Assembly: GCF_028641065.1 (NCBI RefSeq)
Contig: NC_073385.1
Coordinates: 48,050,001-48,114,000 of the forward strand
Direction of reading: 5' to 3'
Length of the DNA stretch: 64,000 nucleotides
Origin: Leucoraja erinacea
Taxonomy: Eukaryota
Part shown: positions 25,148-36,876 of the stretch, one piece after another
Position numbering within the stretch: the first letter of the stretch is position 1
Layout: every line of letters begins with the position of its first letter
Notes under the pieces: model-generated
Database searches by the model: none
What the model was told of the DNA's origin: nothing
What the model saw: only the letters and a program-made list of their open reading frames with translations
Made by a program: the position numbers and the translations under genes

Positions 25148-25965
25148 TGGTTTATTATTGTCATGTGTACCAAGATATAGTAAAGAAAATATCCAATCAA
25201 GTCATATGATACAAGAGTACATCAAGCGATACAAATACAGCAGGTGGTCTAAAAAGAAAAATAATCAAGTGTAGAATATAGACTCCACCATTATAGTGTT
25301 ACAGATCCAGAGAATGTGCAGATAAAAAAGTGTAATGGCTGCAAAGAGGTAGGCTGGGACATTGAAGCATCACCCTTCCCTTAGGAGAGGTCCGTTCAGT
25401 AGTCTGATACCCTCTATTTATGAATTTGGTGGTACATGCTCTCAAGCTTTTGTATCTTCTGCCCAACAGGGGATGGACAAAGGGAGTGACTAAGGCGTAC
25501 ATGATCCTTGATTATATTGGCAGTTTTTCCAAGGCATCATGAAGTGTACATGGTTTGTGTGATGGACTGGGCTGTATCTACAACTCTCAGCAATTTCTTG
25601 CAGTCTTGTGCAGAGCTGTTGCCAAACCAAGTTGTGATAAATCCCAATAGGATGCTTTCTGCTGTGCAGCTATAGAAATTGGCAAGAATCATTGGAGACA
25701 TGACCTTTATCTTGCTAACGCTGAGGGCGTAATTGGCATTTTGTCACCATGTTACTAAGCCCTCCATCTCCTTCCTGCACTCTGTTTCGTGATTGTTCGA
25801 GGTCCAGCTCACTACGGTGGTGTAACCTGTGAACTTGTAAAGAGAGCAGAATTTGTTCGCAAAGTCATGAGTGAATGGTAAGGGACTGAGAATATATTCC
25901 TGCAGGACACCGGTGTTGAGAATTATTGTGGAGGATATTGTGTCACCTATTCTTACTACCTGTAT
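25148..25965 (-). mobile_element. Degenerate Rex1/Babar-type LINE 3' part
   Basis: SSTIILNTGVLQEYILSPL..KFTGYTTVV (decayed TGAPQGCVLSP/KFADDTTVV); GRRYKSLRACTT; catgacaataataaac tail. Confidence 0.7.
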
Positions 25966-26389
25966 TTCCCGGCAATGAAGACGCACCCCCATTTTGAGTT
26001 GCTACATTTTGAAAAAAAGGCTGGCAGGACAGGATCAAGGGTTTGGTTTAGTCAGTAGAAAGGAAGTGAAACTCCTTCAAGGAGGCAATCTGGACCAGGG
26101 AGCCTCCAGCTTTGCCTGTCCCACAATGCGTTGTGCGGTTCAGGTCTGAGGGACGGGGACTTCCTGGCTCAGGGAGATCACATAACGGGGGGAGAGAGAG
26201 CCCGTGACGGAGCAGCCAGCCTTCTGCCCAGTAGCTACCCGCCAACCACCACCTCCACCGGTTGCGCCTGTGCCGAAGGACATCGTGTTTGGCTGGCGGA
26301 AGGGCCGGCAAAAGGCACTGAGGTGGCGGCCGGTTCCGCTGTCCAGTCCCGGAGGCCGCTTGCAGCCGCCCAGGTCCGCTGCATGCCAC

Positions 26390-26530
26390 GCGAATGGCTG
26401 CAGTTCCCAGGTCGGCTCGCTTGCCCCAGGTCTGGCTGTTGCGCCCAGGTCGGCTCGCTTGCCCCATGTCAGGCAGCAGTTCCCAAGTCAGCTGCGTGCC
26501 CCGAGAATGGCTGCAGTTCCCAGGTCATAA
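26390..26530 (+). repeat. GC-rich minisatellite (~18-bp units) inside an unclassified element (~25970-26620)
   Basis: Repeated ggctgcagttcccaggtc / ggctcgcttgccccaggtc. Confidence 0.65.
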
Positions 26531-27764
26531 ATCCACACTGTCTCTAATCATTTTATTATTCTGTTTTAGGCATTCAGAATAACAAAATTAATAAAGACAG
26601 CATGAATTTATAAGGCATTTTGTTATCAATCCTTAATTGAAGGGGAAAGTTTAGAGATGCAACAAGAGCCCGTAGATCAGTACAAGGAGGAAGCAAGAAA
26701 ATGTGGTACATGTGGGAAAACAAGGAGTGATAAGAACATGGGGAGCGTGAGTTTACAACTGATTTTTAGAGTATTGAAAGCCACTAGAGATTGGTGAGCC
26801 TGCTGTCAGCAGAGTAAAGGTGAGGAGGGTAGCAAAGTTGTGATCTTATTGTCGAAGCTTTTTAGGAGTGAGACCACTCAGTCAAAAGTACAAGTATTGG
26901 AAATGTTGAACAAGTAACGTAAAAGGACACAAATAGCTGGAGTAATTCAGCAGGTTTGGTAGCATCTCTGGAGAACATGGTTAGGTGACGTTTCGGGACA
27001 ACACCTTTCCTGCTTTATACTTCCTGATGATCTAAAGCTTAAGCATAATCCTTCTGTGATATAATTTAAGTAAAAATAAAGAAAAGATTTGCATTACAGC
27101 AGGTTTAAAATAAGAAATGATTTGTGTTACAGCGCAAGGGGAAGCTTGATTTACTCTACTGGAATAATGAGAGAGCAGCAATGGAAGTAAGGTCAGTCAC
27201 TCAAGCAAATATCAATGGCAACTGAAAGATAGGAATGAAGGTAACAGAGGGACACTGAACGAGGAGGTTTGGAGAAAAACAGGATAAAATGCTGGGAGTA
27301 ATTAGCGAGTCAGGCAGTATCTCTGGGGAACATGGATAGGTGGTGTTTCGGGTAGGGACCCTTCTTTAAACTTGGAAGAGTCCCATACGAAAATGTCAGC
27401 TATCCATGTTCACTAGAGATGCTGCCTGACCCACTGAATAAAGGGATCAGGAGGTATGGAGAGAAGGCAGATACAGGATACTGAGTTGGATGATCAGCCA
27501 TGATCATATTGAATGGCGGTGAAGGCTCGAAGGGCCGAATGGCCTACTCCTGCAACTATTTTCTATGTTTCTATGAATTACTTCAGCACTTTGGGTCCTT
27601 GTTTTTAAACCAATATCTGCAGTTCCCCGTGTGTACAAGAAGATTTGGAGAATTGGTTAGATAGCAAACAAAATCACTAATATCAAGGACAGAAATTAAG
27701 ACACAATGGATTTGGTAGTGGCTGAATGGATTTGGGCCTATCAGATTTAATTGGCAAAACAATG

Positions 27765-27960
27765 AACTGCAGATACACAAAAATGCTGGAGAAACAGCAT
27801 CTATGGAGCGAAGGAAATAGGCAACGTTTCGGGCCGAAACCCTTCTTCGGCCCGAAACGTTGCCTATTTCCTTCGCTCCATAGATGCTGTTGCACCCGCT
27901 GAGTTTCACTAGCATTTTTGTGTACCTTCGATTTTCCAGCATCTGCAGTTCCTTCTTAAA
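27765..27960. repeat. Inverted pair of Penelope-derived ends (second subfamily)
   Basis: cagcatctatggagcgaaggaaataggcaacgtttcgggccgaa ... ttcggcccgaaacgttgcctatttccttcgctccatagatgctg. Confidence 0.8.
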
Positions 27961-28529
27961 AACAATAAACTGCAGATGATGGTTTACGAAAAAAAAAGAC
28001 AATGTTCTGGAGTGTCTCCAGGTCAGGCATGCAAGTGTCATTTCAGGTTGGGGTCGTTGCATCTTAAGATCAAGACTGCCACAGTTTAGTTATAACACAT
28101 TTTAGAGGAGATAGAGGAGCAGAAAAATATTGCCTGGCTAAGTCTTCACCTCTTAGCCTTCTTTGTGCACATTTTAAATCTCAGCAAAAGTCGAGTTTAT
28201 AAACTGAGGCCCACTGGGAACTGTTAGAAGTTTGGGTGAGCAATTAATTGCTCAAAGACAAACTGAAAATACTGGAGAAATTCCGCTGGTCAGGCAATAC
28301 ATGTACAGAGATAAACTGTCAATGATCTTTCCTCAGAATTATCCATAGATGTCTGAAGAAGGGACACATATTCTCCGGGGTTGTTGTTTCTACTATTCTC
28401 CACAGATGCTGCGTGCCCGCTGAGCATTTTAAACGTGTTTTGTTTTTGTTATTTCGGATTTCCTGCATGAGCAGTTTGTTTTGTTTTGGTATTAGATTAT
28501 TGGCGAAATCAGTGGTTTACTTTTATCCT

Positions 28530-29185
28530 TCGTTGCGGATGGCAAGCCCGTCCTGGCCCTGCATTGACAGCAGGGATTTGCTCCATGGGCCGAGACATTG
28601 TAGCTGAGTCCCCGAGAGGCAGGAGGTGGAGTCTGGACGACCCCTGCCCTCCCCGACCCCCCGATCTTGCTGACCTTCACCCTCCGATCTCCCGGAAAAT
28701 TGCCCATTGCGGATCACCTGGATCCTCGTCCCCCGCTCTCCCGGGCCCAGGCTATCCCGGACCCCCCGCTCGTCCGGACCCTCACCTCCCGAGCGCCCGG
28801 CCATCTGCTCACAGCGGCTCGCCAGCTCCGCGCTGACAGCGCCGTACGCCTCGTGCAGCTTCTCGAACTCCTCCGAAGACATGCTCGCGGCGTCTTCATG
28901 CAACCGCCGCTGCTGCCGCATTTCCGGCCGCCGCTCCACGGGGCGTCGCTCGGCCCAGCGCCGGGCCCAGGCCCTGCCCCGTCCCGTCCCGCCTCCCTCA
29001 CCGCCACCGCACACGGCGGCTGTCACATGAAGCGCCAAGCGCTCCCACGTCGCAGCTCACACTTTACTCATACTCTGCTCATCATTCCGCGCCCCGTTAC
29101 ACCGGCGTGCGATCTCCGAGCAACCACCATCTCCCCCCCTCTGTGGCCATGGCCGCCCGCGGCGTCCTGGGAGTTGTAGTTCTTA
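28530..29185. promoter_or_regulatory. CpG island / VTI1B promoter with ZNF143(-THAP11) and ETS motifs
   Basis: High GC/CpG content; minus-strand ACTACAACTCCCAG at 29167-29180; CCGGAAAT at 28920-28927. Confidence 0.75.
28786..28882 (-). CDS. VTI1B: VTI1B exon 1 (start)
   Basis: MSSEEFEKLHEAYGAVSAELASRCEQMAGRSG, compared with human SSEHFEKLHE; A at -3; donor gtgagg. The six exons sum to 672 nt = 223 aa plus stop. Confidence 0.92.
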
Positions 29186-29204
29186 TCTGTCCGATCTTCT
29201 GGAA

Positions 29205-29912
29205 TAAAAAGACAAGAAACGACTGGAAATAATCAGCAGGTCTTACCCAGGTAGCATCTGCGAAGGGAGAAGCAGAGTTAACGTTTCAGTTTGATTAACG
29301 TGAATGAGGTGAACACAAAAGGTCGGAGTAACTTAGCGGGTCAGGCAGCATCCCTGGAGAAAAAGGAAAAGGTGAGACCTTTCTTCAGATGAGACGTGAA
29401 TGAGAACTGGGACTGAAGTGAAAGCGGGCAATGAGTGGTTCCACCGCCATCCATCCCTGGGCTTGTCTGAAGATGGGACTCAGCCCGAAACCTCACCTAT
29501 TCCTTTACTCCAGAGCTGCTGCCTGCCTGACGTATTGAGGTACTGTGACTATCCTGGGCTTGGAACCGAGCAGCAGCGGGTGTAACCCCTGCATCCCCCC
29601 TCTCCCCATCTCTCCCCCATCCAAGTCACACCAGCTTTTCGTTCTAACCTAGCTACAGCTAATAATGACCCGTTTCCTTTATCATTCATTGTTACTTTTT
29701 TGGGGTATCTTTCATTCATGTGTTCATATCTCTCTACATCATCGTCTATATCTCTCATTTCCCTTTCCCGTGACTTTCAGTCTGAACAAGGGTCTCGACA
29801 CAAAACATCACGTATTCATTTTCTCCAGAGATGCTGCCTGTCCCGCTGAGTTGCTCCAGCATTTTATGTCCATCGTCGGTTTTACCCAGCATCTGCAGTT
29901 CCTTCCTACACA
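29205..29912. repeat. Cluster of Penelope-derived repeats between the divergent VTI1B and RDH starts
   Basis: ggagtaacttagcgggtcaggcagcatccctggaga and tctgaacaagggtctcgaca..ctccagagatgctgcctgtcccgctgag motifs. Confidence 0.7.
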
Positions 29913-30030
29913 GCAGCTGGCGTTTGACAGGTGGGAACAGCGCCCGCGGGATTGTGGGTGTTGTCGTTCCACCGCCATCAATTCTCGGGGCTTTGCAACA
30001 AAGCAGCTCTTTGCATCCGCGGTTCTGGCC

Positions 30031-30107
30031 ATGTCGGTCCTATTCAGCTTTATCGGGATCTGTGCAATTGCTGCTCTTCTTCTAGCTGCTTTTGCTCCAT
30101 ATATCAG
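30031..30107 (+). CDS. RDH12: Retinol dehydrogenase 12-like (RDH11/12), first coding exon (membrane anchor)
   Basis: gccATG; MSVLFSFIGICAIAALLLAAFAPYI(R), compared with RDH12 ..MVAPSIR; phase-2 donor GT. Confidence 0.8.
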
Positions 30108-32940
30108 GTTCGCGTCTCTTATATATTTCAAGCATTGCTAATGTCATCTATTGTCTGTTATTTAATATTTCTACCACCTACAATTTTTTGTAAATAAATC
30201 GTATTTGGTCTCGGAGTAGCAAATCTGTAACTGCGGAAACGTGTATGATGTTATTTTCGAACCAAATTGAACCTTTATCACAGTTTAAAACAGTTTTATA
30301 AGTTTGATGGGCTGCTACATTTGACATAAAATATTCTTAGAGTGTGTCCTGGTCCATGCTACTTATTGAAATAAAAAGCAGAGCAGCTGCGTTTTGCAAA
30401 ATTCGTCAGTGCAAACTTTGAATACTCTAGCTTTTCATCGAATAAATTGGTGAGAGTAATATTTCCGGTGCTTTTTCATCAAATTGCGTTCCTCCCCGTT
30501 AAATAAATGTTTGACGCAATGGAATTATTCCGACAAAACACAACAAACGTCTTCCCGCGCCGAAATAAATGCACATTTTAAAAAGGACTGGTGGAACAAT
30601 TATCGTTCTGTCTGCAGAGAGCACTGCAAAGACGTTTAAAATAATGTTCAATGTGATGAGGGTTGGAGCTCCCGATCAGGTCATGGGCGGGACCTCTGTC
30701 CCTTTAATTTTGGTTGGTTACTTGGCGTTCCGGCTGTTGTTTCATTCTCTGCCCTGCGGATGAATCCCAAAATCAATTTTTTTCTTATCAAGTCGGCTAG
30801 AGGTCGTGAATGACGTGACATAACCCAAGTCCAAGGGTTCAGATAAGGTTTACCCGAATGCAGCCCGGATTAGAAGGTTTCAGCTATAGGGAGAGGGCTG
30901 ATAGACATGGAGTGTTTTCTCTGGAACGTCAGGCCGCATGGCCTACCCCTGCACCTATTTCTATGTCTATGTCTATGTCGGAGGTTGAGGAGAGACTTGA
31001 TAGAAGTGTATACATTTATGAGAGATATAGGCAGTCAGAACCATTTCCCAGGGTGGAAATTTCCAATACTAGAGGGCATAGCTATAATGTGAGAGTGGAA
31101 AGTTTAATGGAGATGTGCGGGGCAAGGTTTTGACCTGGATAGTGTTAGGCTTCTTGAATGTAGTTGGGGTGGCCCTAATCCAGCATTAGGCATATCCCAT
31201 CACTTGTCTTCCTTATAGCTGGAGGAAGAACTGAGAAGAGTCAGGAGGTCTGTCTGCATGTAGATACTCAGCCTGTGAACTGCCCTTGCAGCTCCATCCA
31301 GTTAGGTTTCTGGTCAATGGTTATCATCAAGATCCTGATGGTCGGGAACTCGGCAATCGGTGTGCAAACCATCCTCAAAACTTGTAAATAAAACAAATTA
31401 CAAATCCAAAAATCTAGATATAGAAGAGGAGACGGGGTGAAGAATTATTACTATCAATCTCTGAAAATAAAGCTGAATCTTTGCATGTCTACAGAAGCCC
31501 TCAGCCATCACTTCGATATTTTTCAATGATTATTCCAATACTTTCCCGAATAACCTCTGCTTTTCCCTCAAGAAACTTAAGGTGATCCTAAATCCTGCTC
31601 CCATTTACAAACTCGCACCGTGACTCAGTCCTGCACATACTGACCAACTCTAACAACCGATTCAACAATGCCACAAATTAAGAATTTGCTCTTTATTCCC
31701 TCAATCCTTCAGTCGCCTCATTCCTCTCTGTTCTATAAATGCAGCCCTGTAGATCTCAGATCTCTCCACTCTCCTATCCTGGACTCTGCCTCCTCTTGAT
31801 TATAATTGCTCCATCAGTGGCCATGGATTCAGTATGAAGAGGGGTCCCGACCTGAAACGTCACCTAATTGTGTTCTCCCTAGATGTTGCCTGACCCGTTG
31901 AGTTACTCCAGCACTTTATCTCCATTTTTGCATAAGCTGACTGATTCCCAAGCTCTGCAGTTACAAGGAACTGCAGATGCTGGAATTCATGCTCTAAGCT
32001 TCCCTTTCTCTCATCTTTTAAAGATGCTCATGAAAATCTAAAATATACTTATAAATTGCAGATGCTGGAAGTCTGAAATAAAATCCATTACGCTTTTGGA
32101 GGGAAAATGCTGGGTGTACTGATTCATTTGTGCATCTTCTCTGGAACCACAGAGTAAAGTTCCACCAAAAATTTCATCAACTTGAAAGGTTAACTGTTTC
32201 TATTCTCAGTAGCTGCTACCTGTCTTGCAGAGTATTTTAACCAGTGTCTTCACCTAAATCAATAAGCATTTGAACAGCTGCCTTAATAACTCTGAACGGA
32301 TCATGGTGTAAAATCTTAACATTCCCCTATGTACATTATGTACAAATATGTACTATGTACAAATCTTAACATTCCCCTTTCTACAGTTTATTTTTAAAGG
32401 TTCAAAGTGCAAGTTATTTCTGTGTAACACAGTCCACCCTTCACTCTGACATCCAATTAATGAATTAGTCTATAGCTTTGCTTTTACTGATGGTGGATGG
32501 ATTGACTTTAAGGGCATTGCATGAGACTAGTAGTAGGAGTATGTCATTTGGTTCTCCGAGGCTGCTGTGCATTTCAATATGATCATGACTATTCATCCCA
32601 AATTTGGTACTCTACACCTGCTTTCACCCTACATCCCTTGATCTCTTTAGGTATTAATACTACATCTAAATACATCTTGAATGTATTCAACAAGTTGGTC
32701 TCAACTTGCTTCTACGGGTTCATCACTCTTTGGGGTCAAGATATTTTTCCTCGTGTGTAGGAAGGAGCTGCAGATACTGGTTTATACTGAAGATAGACAC
32801 AAAATGCTAGTGTAACTCAGTGGTTCAGGCAGCATCTAATGCATAGAAGAAGTGTTCCGACCCAATCCGTCACCTATTCCTTTTCCCCAAAGATGCTGCC
32901 TGACCCATTGAGTTACTCCAGCATTTTGTGTCTATCTTCA

Positions 32941-33110
32941 TTCATACTGCTGGGTTATAAGTTATCCAAGCAAAATATGAGGTCCAATATCTCCAGTGTG
33001 CTTGTTCGCTCAATCTGGCAATGGAGGAGGCCCAGGACAGAAAGGTCAGTATGGGAATGGGAATAGGAGTTAAAATGGTTGACAATGGGGAGATTCAGTA
33101 GGCCTTTGCG
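32941..33110 (-). mobile_element. Penelope GIY-YIG endonuclease remnant
   Basis: Minus strand LPIVNHFNSYSHSHTDLSVLGLLHCQ..LIFCLDNL*PSSM. Another piece (HLIFQLGTPQPSGL) lies near 36070-36145. Confidence 0.75.
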
Positions 33111-33470
33111 GGAGACCCAGCGTAGAATACCTGTACATCGGTGAGAACAATTGTTGAGATGAGAGGGAGGGCTGACATAAACAGTATGAATAATGCTGTG
33201 TTAGGCATATCTTAAGATATCTTTGAGGATCTCACCCATGGGATAAATGCACTAGCAACAGCAAATTCGAGTAATAAACACGGATCTGCAGGTGCTGGTT
33301 AATACACAAAAGGACATAAAGTGCTGGAGCAACTCAGCAGGTAAGGCAGCATCCCTGGAGAACATAGATAGGTGATGTTTTGGGTTGAGAGCCGAAATAT
33401 ATAAGGCTGGTTTGGGGAGAGAAAATAAGTTATGGTGAACAAGTGTTTTCCAGGTTAAAGGACAGTAGGC

Positions 33471-33733
33471 AATGAAACAAAATAGTGACTACTGTTTATC
33501 ATTTAAACAGTTTTCACAGTTTCAGCAGTAAACAGTAGCCTTTATCATTTATCATCAATGCGAAAGATTCTTAAATTATTAAAAACTTAATGATAAGTTA
33601 TTTTGTCATTTAAAAAAGTTTTTAATGAAAAAATTAAGAATCTTTCTAATTTTTCAATGATAAAGGCTACTGTTTATTGCTGAAACCTTGAGAACTGTTT
33701 AAATGATAAACAGTGGTCACTATTTTTTTTCAT
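33471..33733. mobile_element. AT-rich fold-back MITE
   Basis: aatagtgactactgtttatcatttaaacag..gtagcctttatcatt versus aatgataaaggctac..ctgtttaaatgataaacagtggtcactatt (~80 bp inverted arms). Confidence 0.75.
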
Positions 33734-36699
33734 GATTGACAACTTGGGCTTGGGCTTGTTTCAATATTTGCAGATGACTCAAAGCTTGGAAACATGGTAA
33801 ACAAGGAGGAAAGGCAAGGTTTTCAGGATAGTCAGGCTGGTGGAATGGGCGGATACAGGGTAGGTGAAATTTAATGCAGAGATGGTATCTCTTGATAGGG
33901 AAAATGAGCTAAATGGCTTTCTTTGTACTGCAGAGTTTGTGTTGTAGCATTAATCTGGGAGAAAATTAAATTGCATTGGCACGGCCTGGGACAAACGTCA
34001 GCACAAATTTGACAAACTATATGGAGGAAAGCTATAGGGGAATGAAGAGGGAAATGCAACCGGCGTCTTGTATGTGGACCTTCAAAATAGAATCAACAAA
34101 GTTCATCATAATAGGTTATGTAAGCAAAATTAAACCCCATGTGACAAAACTGGCTGAGGGGCAAAAAGCAGTAGATAGTGCTGAAGGATTGCTTTTCTTT
34201 CGAGAGAGCTAAATGCTAAGTTCCTGATGTACCAGAGGGCAGAAAAGTGTGTTCCCCAAAGGCCAGTACTAGGATTTCATACTCCTTTCCAGCACATATT
34301 AATATCCATTATTTGGAAAGACAGATAATAACTACAAATTTCCAAATCCTTTGAAACTCAGAAGTATATCGCAGAGAAAACAGAAATAAAATAGGTCGAT
34401 CCATGACAAAATAATTAATTAACACATTTTGACAGAAACAATGAAATGTGGCAGGACAATTTTTAAAGAGTTATAGGAACAGGTACTGTTTTAGTTTAGT
34501 TTTTGTTAGAGATAAAACCTGAAAGCAATTTTACATAGGCCAATTAATTTACAAACCTGCACATCTGTGGAATGTGGGAGGAAACCAGAGCACCTGGAGG
34601 AAACCCACATGGTCACAGAGAGAACGTGTAAACTCCACACAGATAGCACCCGAGATCAGTATCGAATCCCGGTTTCTGGCTAGGTGACGCAGCAGCTCTA
34701 GCAGCTGCGCCATTCTGCGTCTCTTTTTTTAATCATCTAAAATCCTTGAAGGTGACAAGATAAGTAGAAAAGGCAATTTTGTTTTAAAAAAAGGAAAATT
34801 GAAGAGTAGAAAATAGCAGAGGCTAGAAATTGAAAATAAAAATGGCAAAAGTATTCAGCAACCATCCATGGGGAGAGAAACAAGGTTAATGTTTTAGATT
34901 GAAGACACTTCAATAGAATTGGAAAAGTGAGAAAACAATTGTGGAAAGAACATGGGCCATCTTTGTGATAGAGTACATATCAAAATTACTACAGCTTCCA
35001 GTAGTCCATAAGTTCATAAGTTGTAGGAACAAATTAGGCCATTCATCACATCAAGTCTACTCCGTCATTCAATCATGGCTGATCTATTTATCCATCTCAA
35101 CCCCATTCTCTTGCCTTCTCCCATAACCCCAGACACCGGTACTAATCAAGAATCTATAAATCTCCACCTTAAAAACATCCATTGACAGCCTCCACGGCCT
35201 TCTGTGGCAATGAATTCCACAGATTCACCGCGGTCTGACTAAATAAAATCTTCCTCATCTGTCTATAGGTACGTCCTTTTATCCTGAGTCTCTGGTCCTG
35301 GACTAGTAACCCTCAAACACACCAAAGAAAGTTTGAAATCATGAAAAACAATTGAAGATACATTACAGAATATTGAATTGATGTTCAACAGATGCAAAGC
35401 TAAAATGTAAAATTGCTTGTGAAAATACAGGTTGGAAATCTGAAATAAAAAACAGAAATTGCCAAATACGCTTCAGGTCAGGCAGTTTCTGTGGAAAGAG
35501 AAACAGTTAACTTTGGGTTAAGACACTTCATTGGAATTGGGAAAGTGAAAAAACAAGATTTTCGGAGAGAAAGTGGGGAGAATGGGTAGAACGAAGGGAG
35601 TACTTCTGATGGATGGTGACCAAATTAGATAATGTGCTTTATACTCCCTTGCCTGTGCTATAATACAGGTATCCAGCAGATCAGGCAATACACACAAAGA
35701 GAAAAATGGACCCAAAATCACAGATGGAGGCTTGAAAGAAATGGCTAGATCTGATACAGGTGGGAAGAAAGAGGAAGTTTTGCAAAGTTGGAGGCCATAA
35801 GATATAGGAGTAGCATTAGACCATTCGGTCCAGCAAGTCTGTTCCACCATTCGACCATGCCTGATCCAATTTTCCCACTACATCCCATTCTCCTGCCTTC
35901 TCTCCGTAACCTTTGACGCCCTAATTAATCAAGAACCTATCAGTCTTTGCTTTAGAAATACCCAGTTACCGCCCCCACAGCCACCTCTGGCTATAGAAGT
36001 TCCTGCTCATCTACATTTCTAAAAGTATGTCCTTTTATTCTGAGGCTATGCCCTCTGGTTCCAGACTCTCTGATTTTGAGTCCAGAAGGCTGTGGTGTAC
36101 CTAGTTGGAAGATGAGGTGGATCTGTTCAAGCGTGTGTTGGGCCTTCTTGTAAAGATTTTGACTTTGTCCAAGCTCTTCACTGTATCTCAGTACTTGTGA
36201 CAATGATAAATTAAACTCAACTAGTGAAGTGAGAAAGCCAAACTTGGTTAATGAGATTGTCAAAGTTTGTTTCTTAAAAAGCAGATAGCAACAAATGTTA
36301 AAAGTAAACCATGGCAATCTTTAATTGATTCGTCAAACGGGAGTGGCAAGATCTACAATGAGAAGTTCATTTCTTCTCAGGCTCCACTCACAGAACAAAG
36401 GAAAGTTAGCACAATTATACATTTTTCTTATAAAACACTCCTACCAAGTATGAATATGGCATGACTGAAATATTTTATAGCCTTTCAGAATATAAGAAAA
36501 GCTGGGTCCAAATCTAGCTCATCCAATATTAAGTTATTACTTATCTCTGGAGCATCAGCTATTTTTTTTCAGGCCCACATGAAGCTTTTCAAAAAGGGGG
36601 GTGGCATGACAGGATTACAAAAGAATGTGCGCTCATCACACATCACAAGCACGAAGTCCCTCGCGGCCGGGGTCCAGGGGCCGCTTAAGAGCCCTGGAA

Positions 36700-36876
36700 G
36701 TGCAGTGGAGAGCTAAGTTTTTTTGGCCTTCCATCACAGCAATGTGATGGATGTTTATGTAAATTATGTTGTGGCTTGGGTCTATTTGTTTGTAATGTAT
36801 GGCTGCAGAAACGTCATTTCCTTTGGACCTCAAGGGGTCCAAATGACAAATAAATTGAATCTTGTTCTTGATCTTG
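36700..36876 (+). mobile_element. Short retroposon (Rex1-like tail) inserted into a DNA-transposon-like remnant
   Basis: ccttccatcacagc..gtgatggatgtttatg core; tail aatgacaaataaattgaatcttgttcttgatcttg; TGGAAG on both flanks. Confidence 0.5.

Noticed and set aside
28523-29179. Several overlapping 100-170 aa ORFs
   Set aside because: By-products of the stop-poor CpG island; only 28786-28882(-) matches a known protein.
31326-31390. IKILMVGNSAIG, resembling a small-GTPase P-loop
   Set aside because: No GK(S/T), no splice context or further exons. The sequence looks like an old antisense LINE remnant.
35525-35550. IGIGK-like reading as a candidate for the missing RDH exon
   Set aside because: Part of a repeat also present at ~34900-34935; no upstream TGAN or open exon of the right phase.
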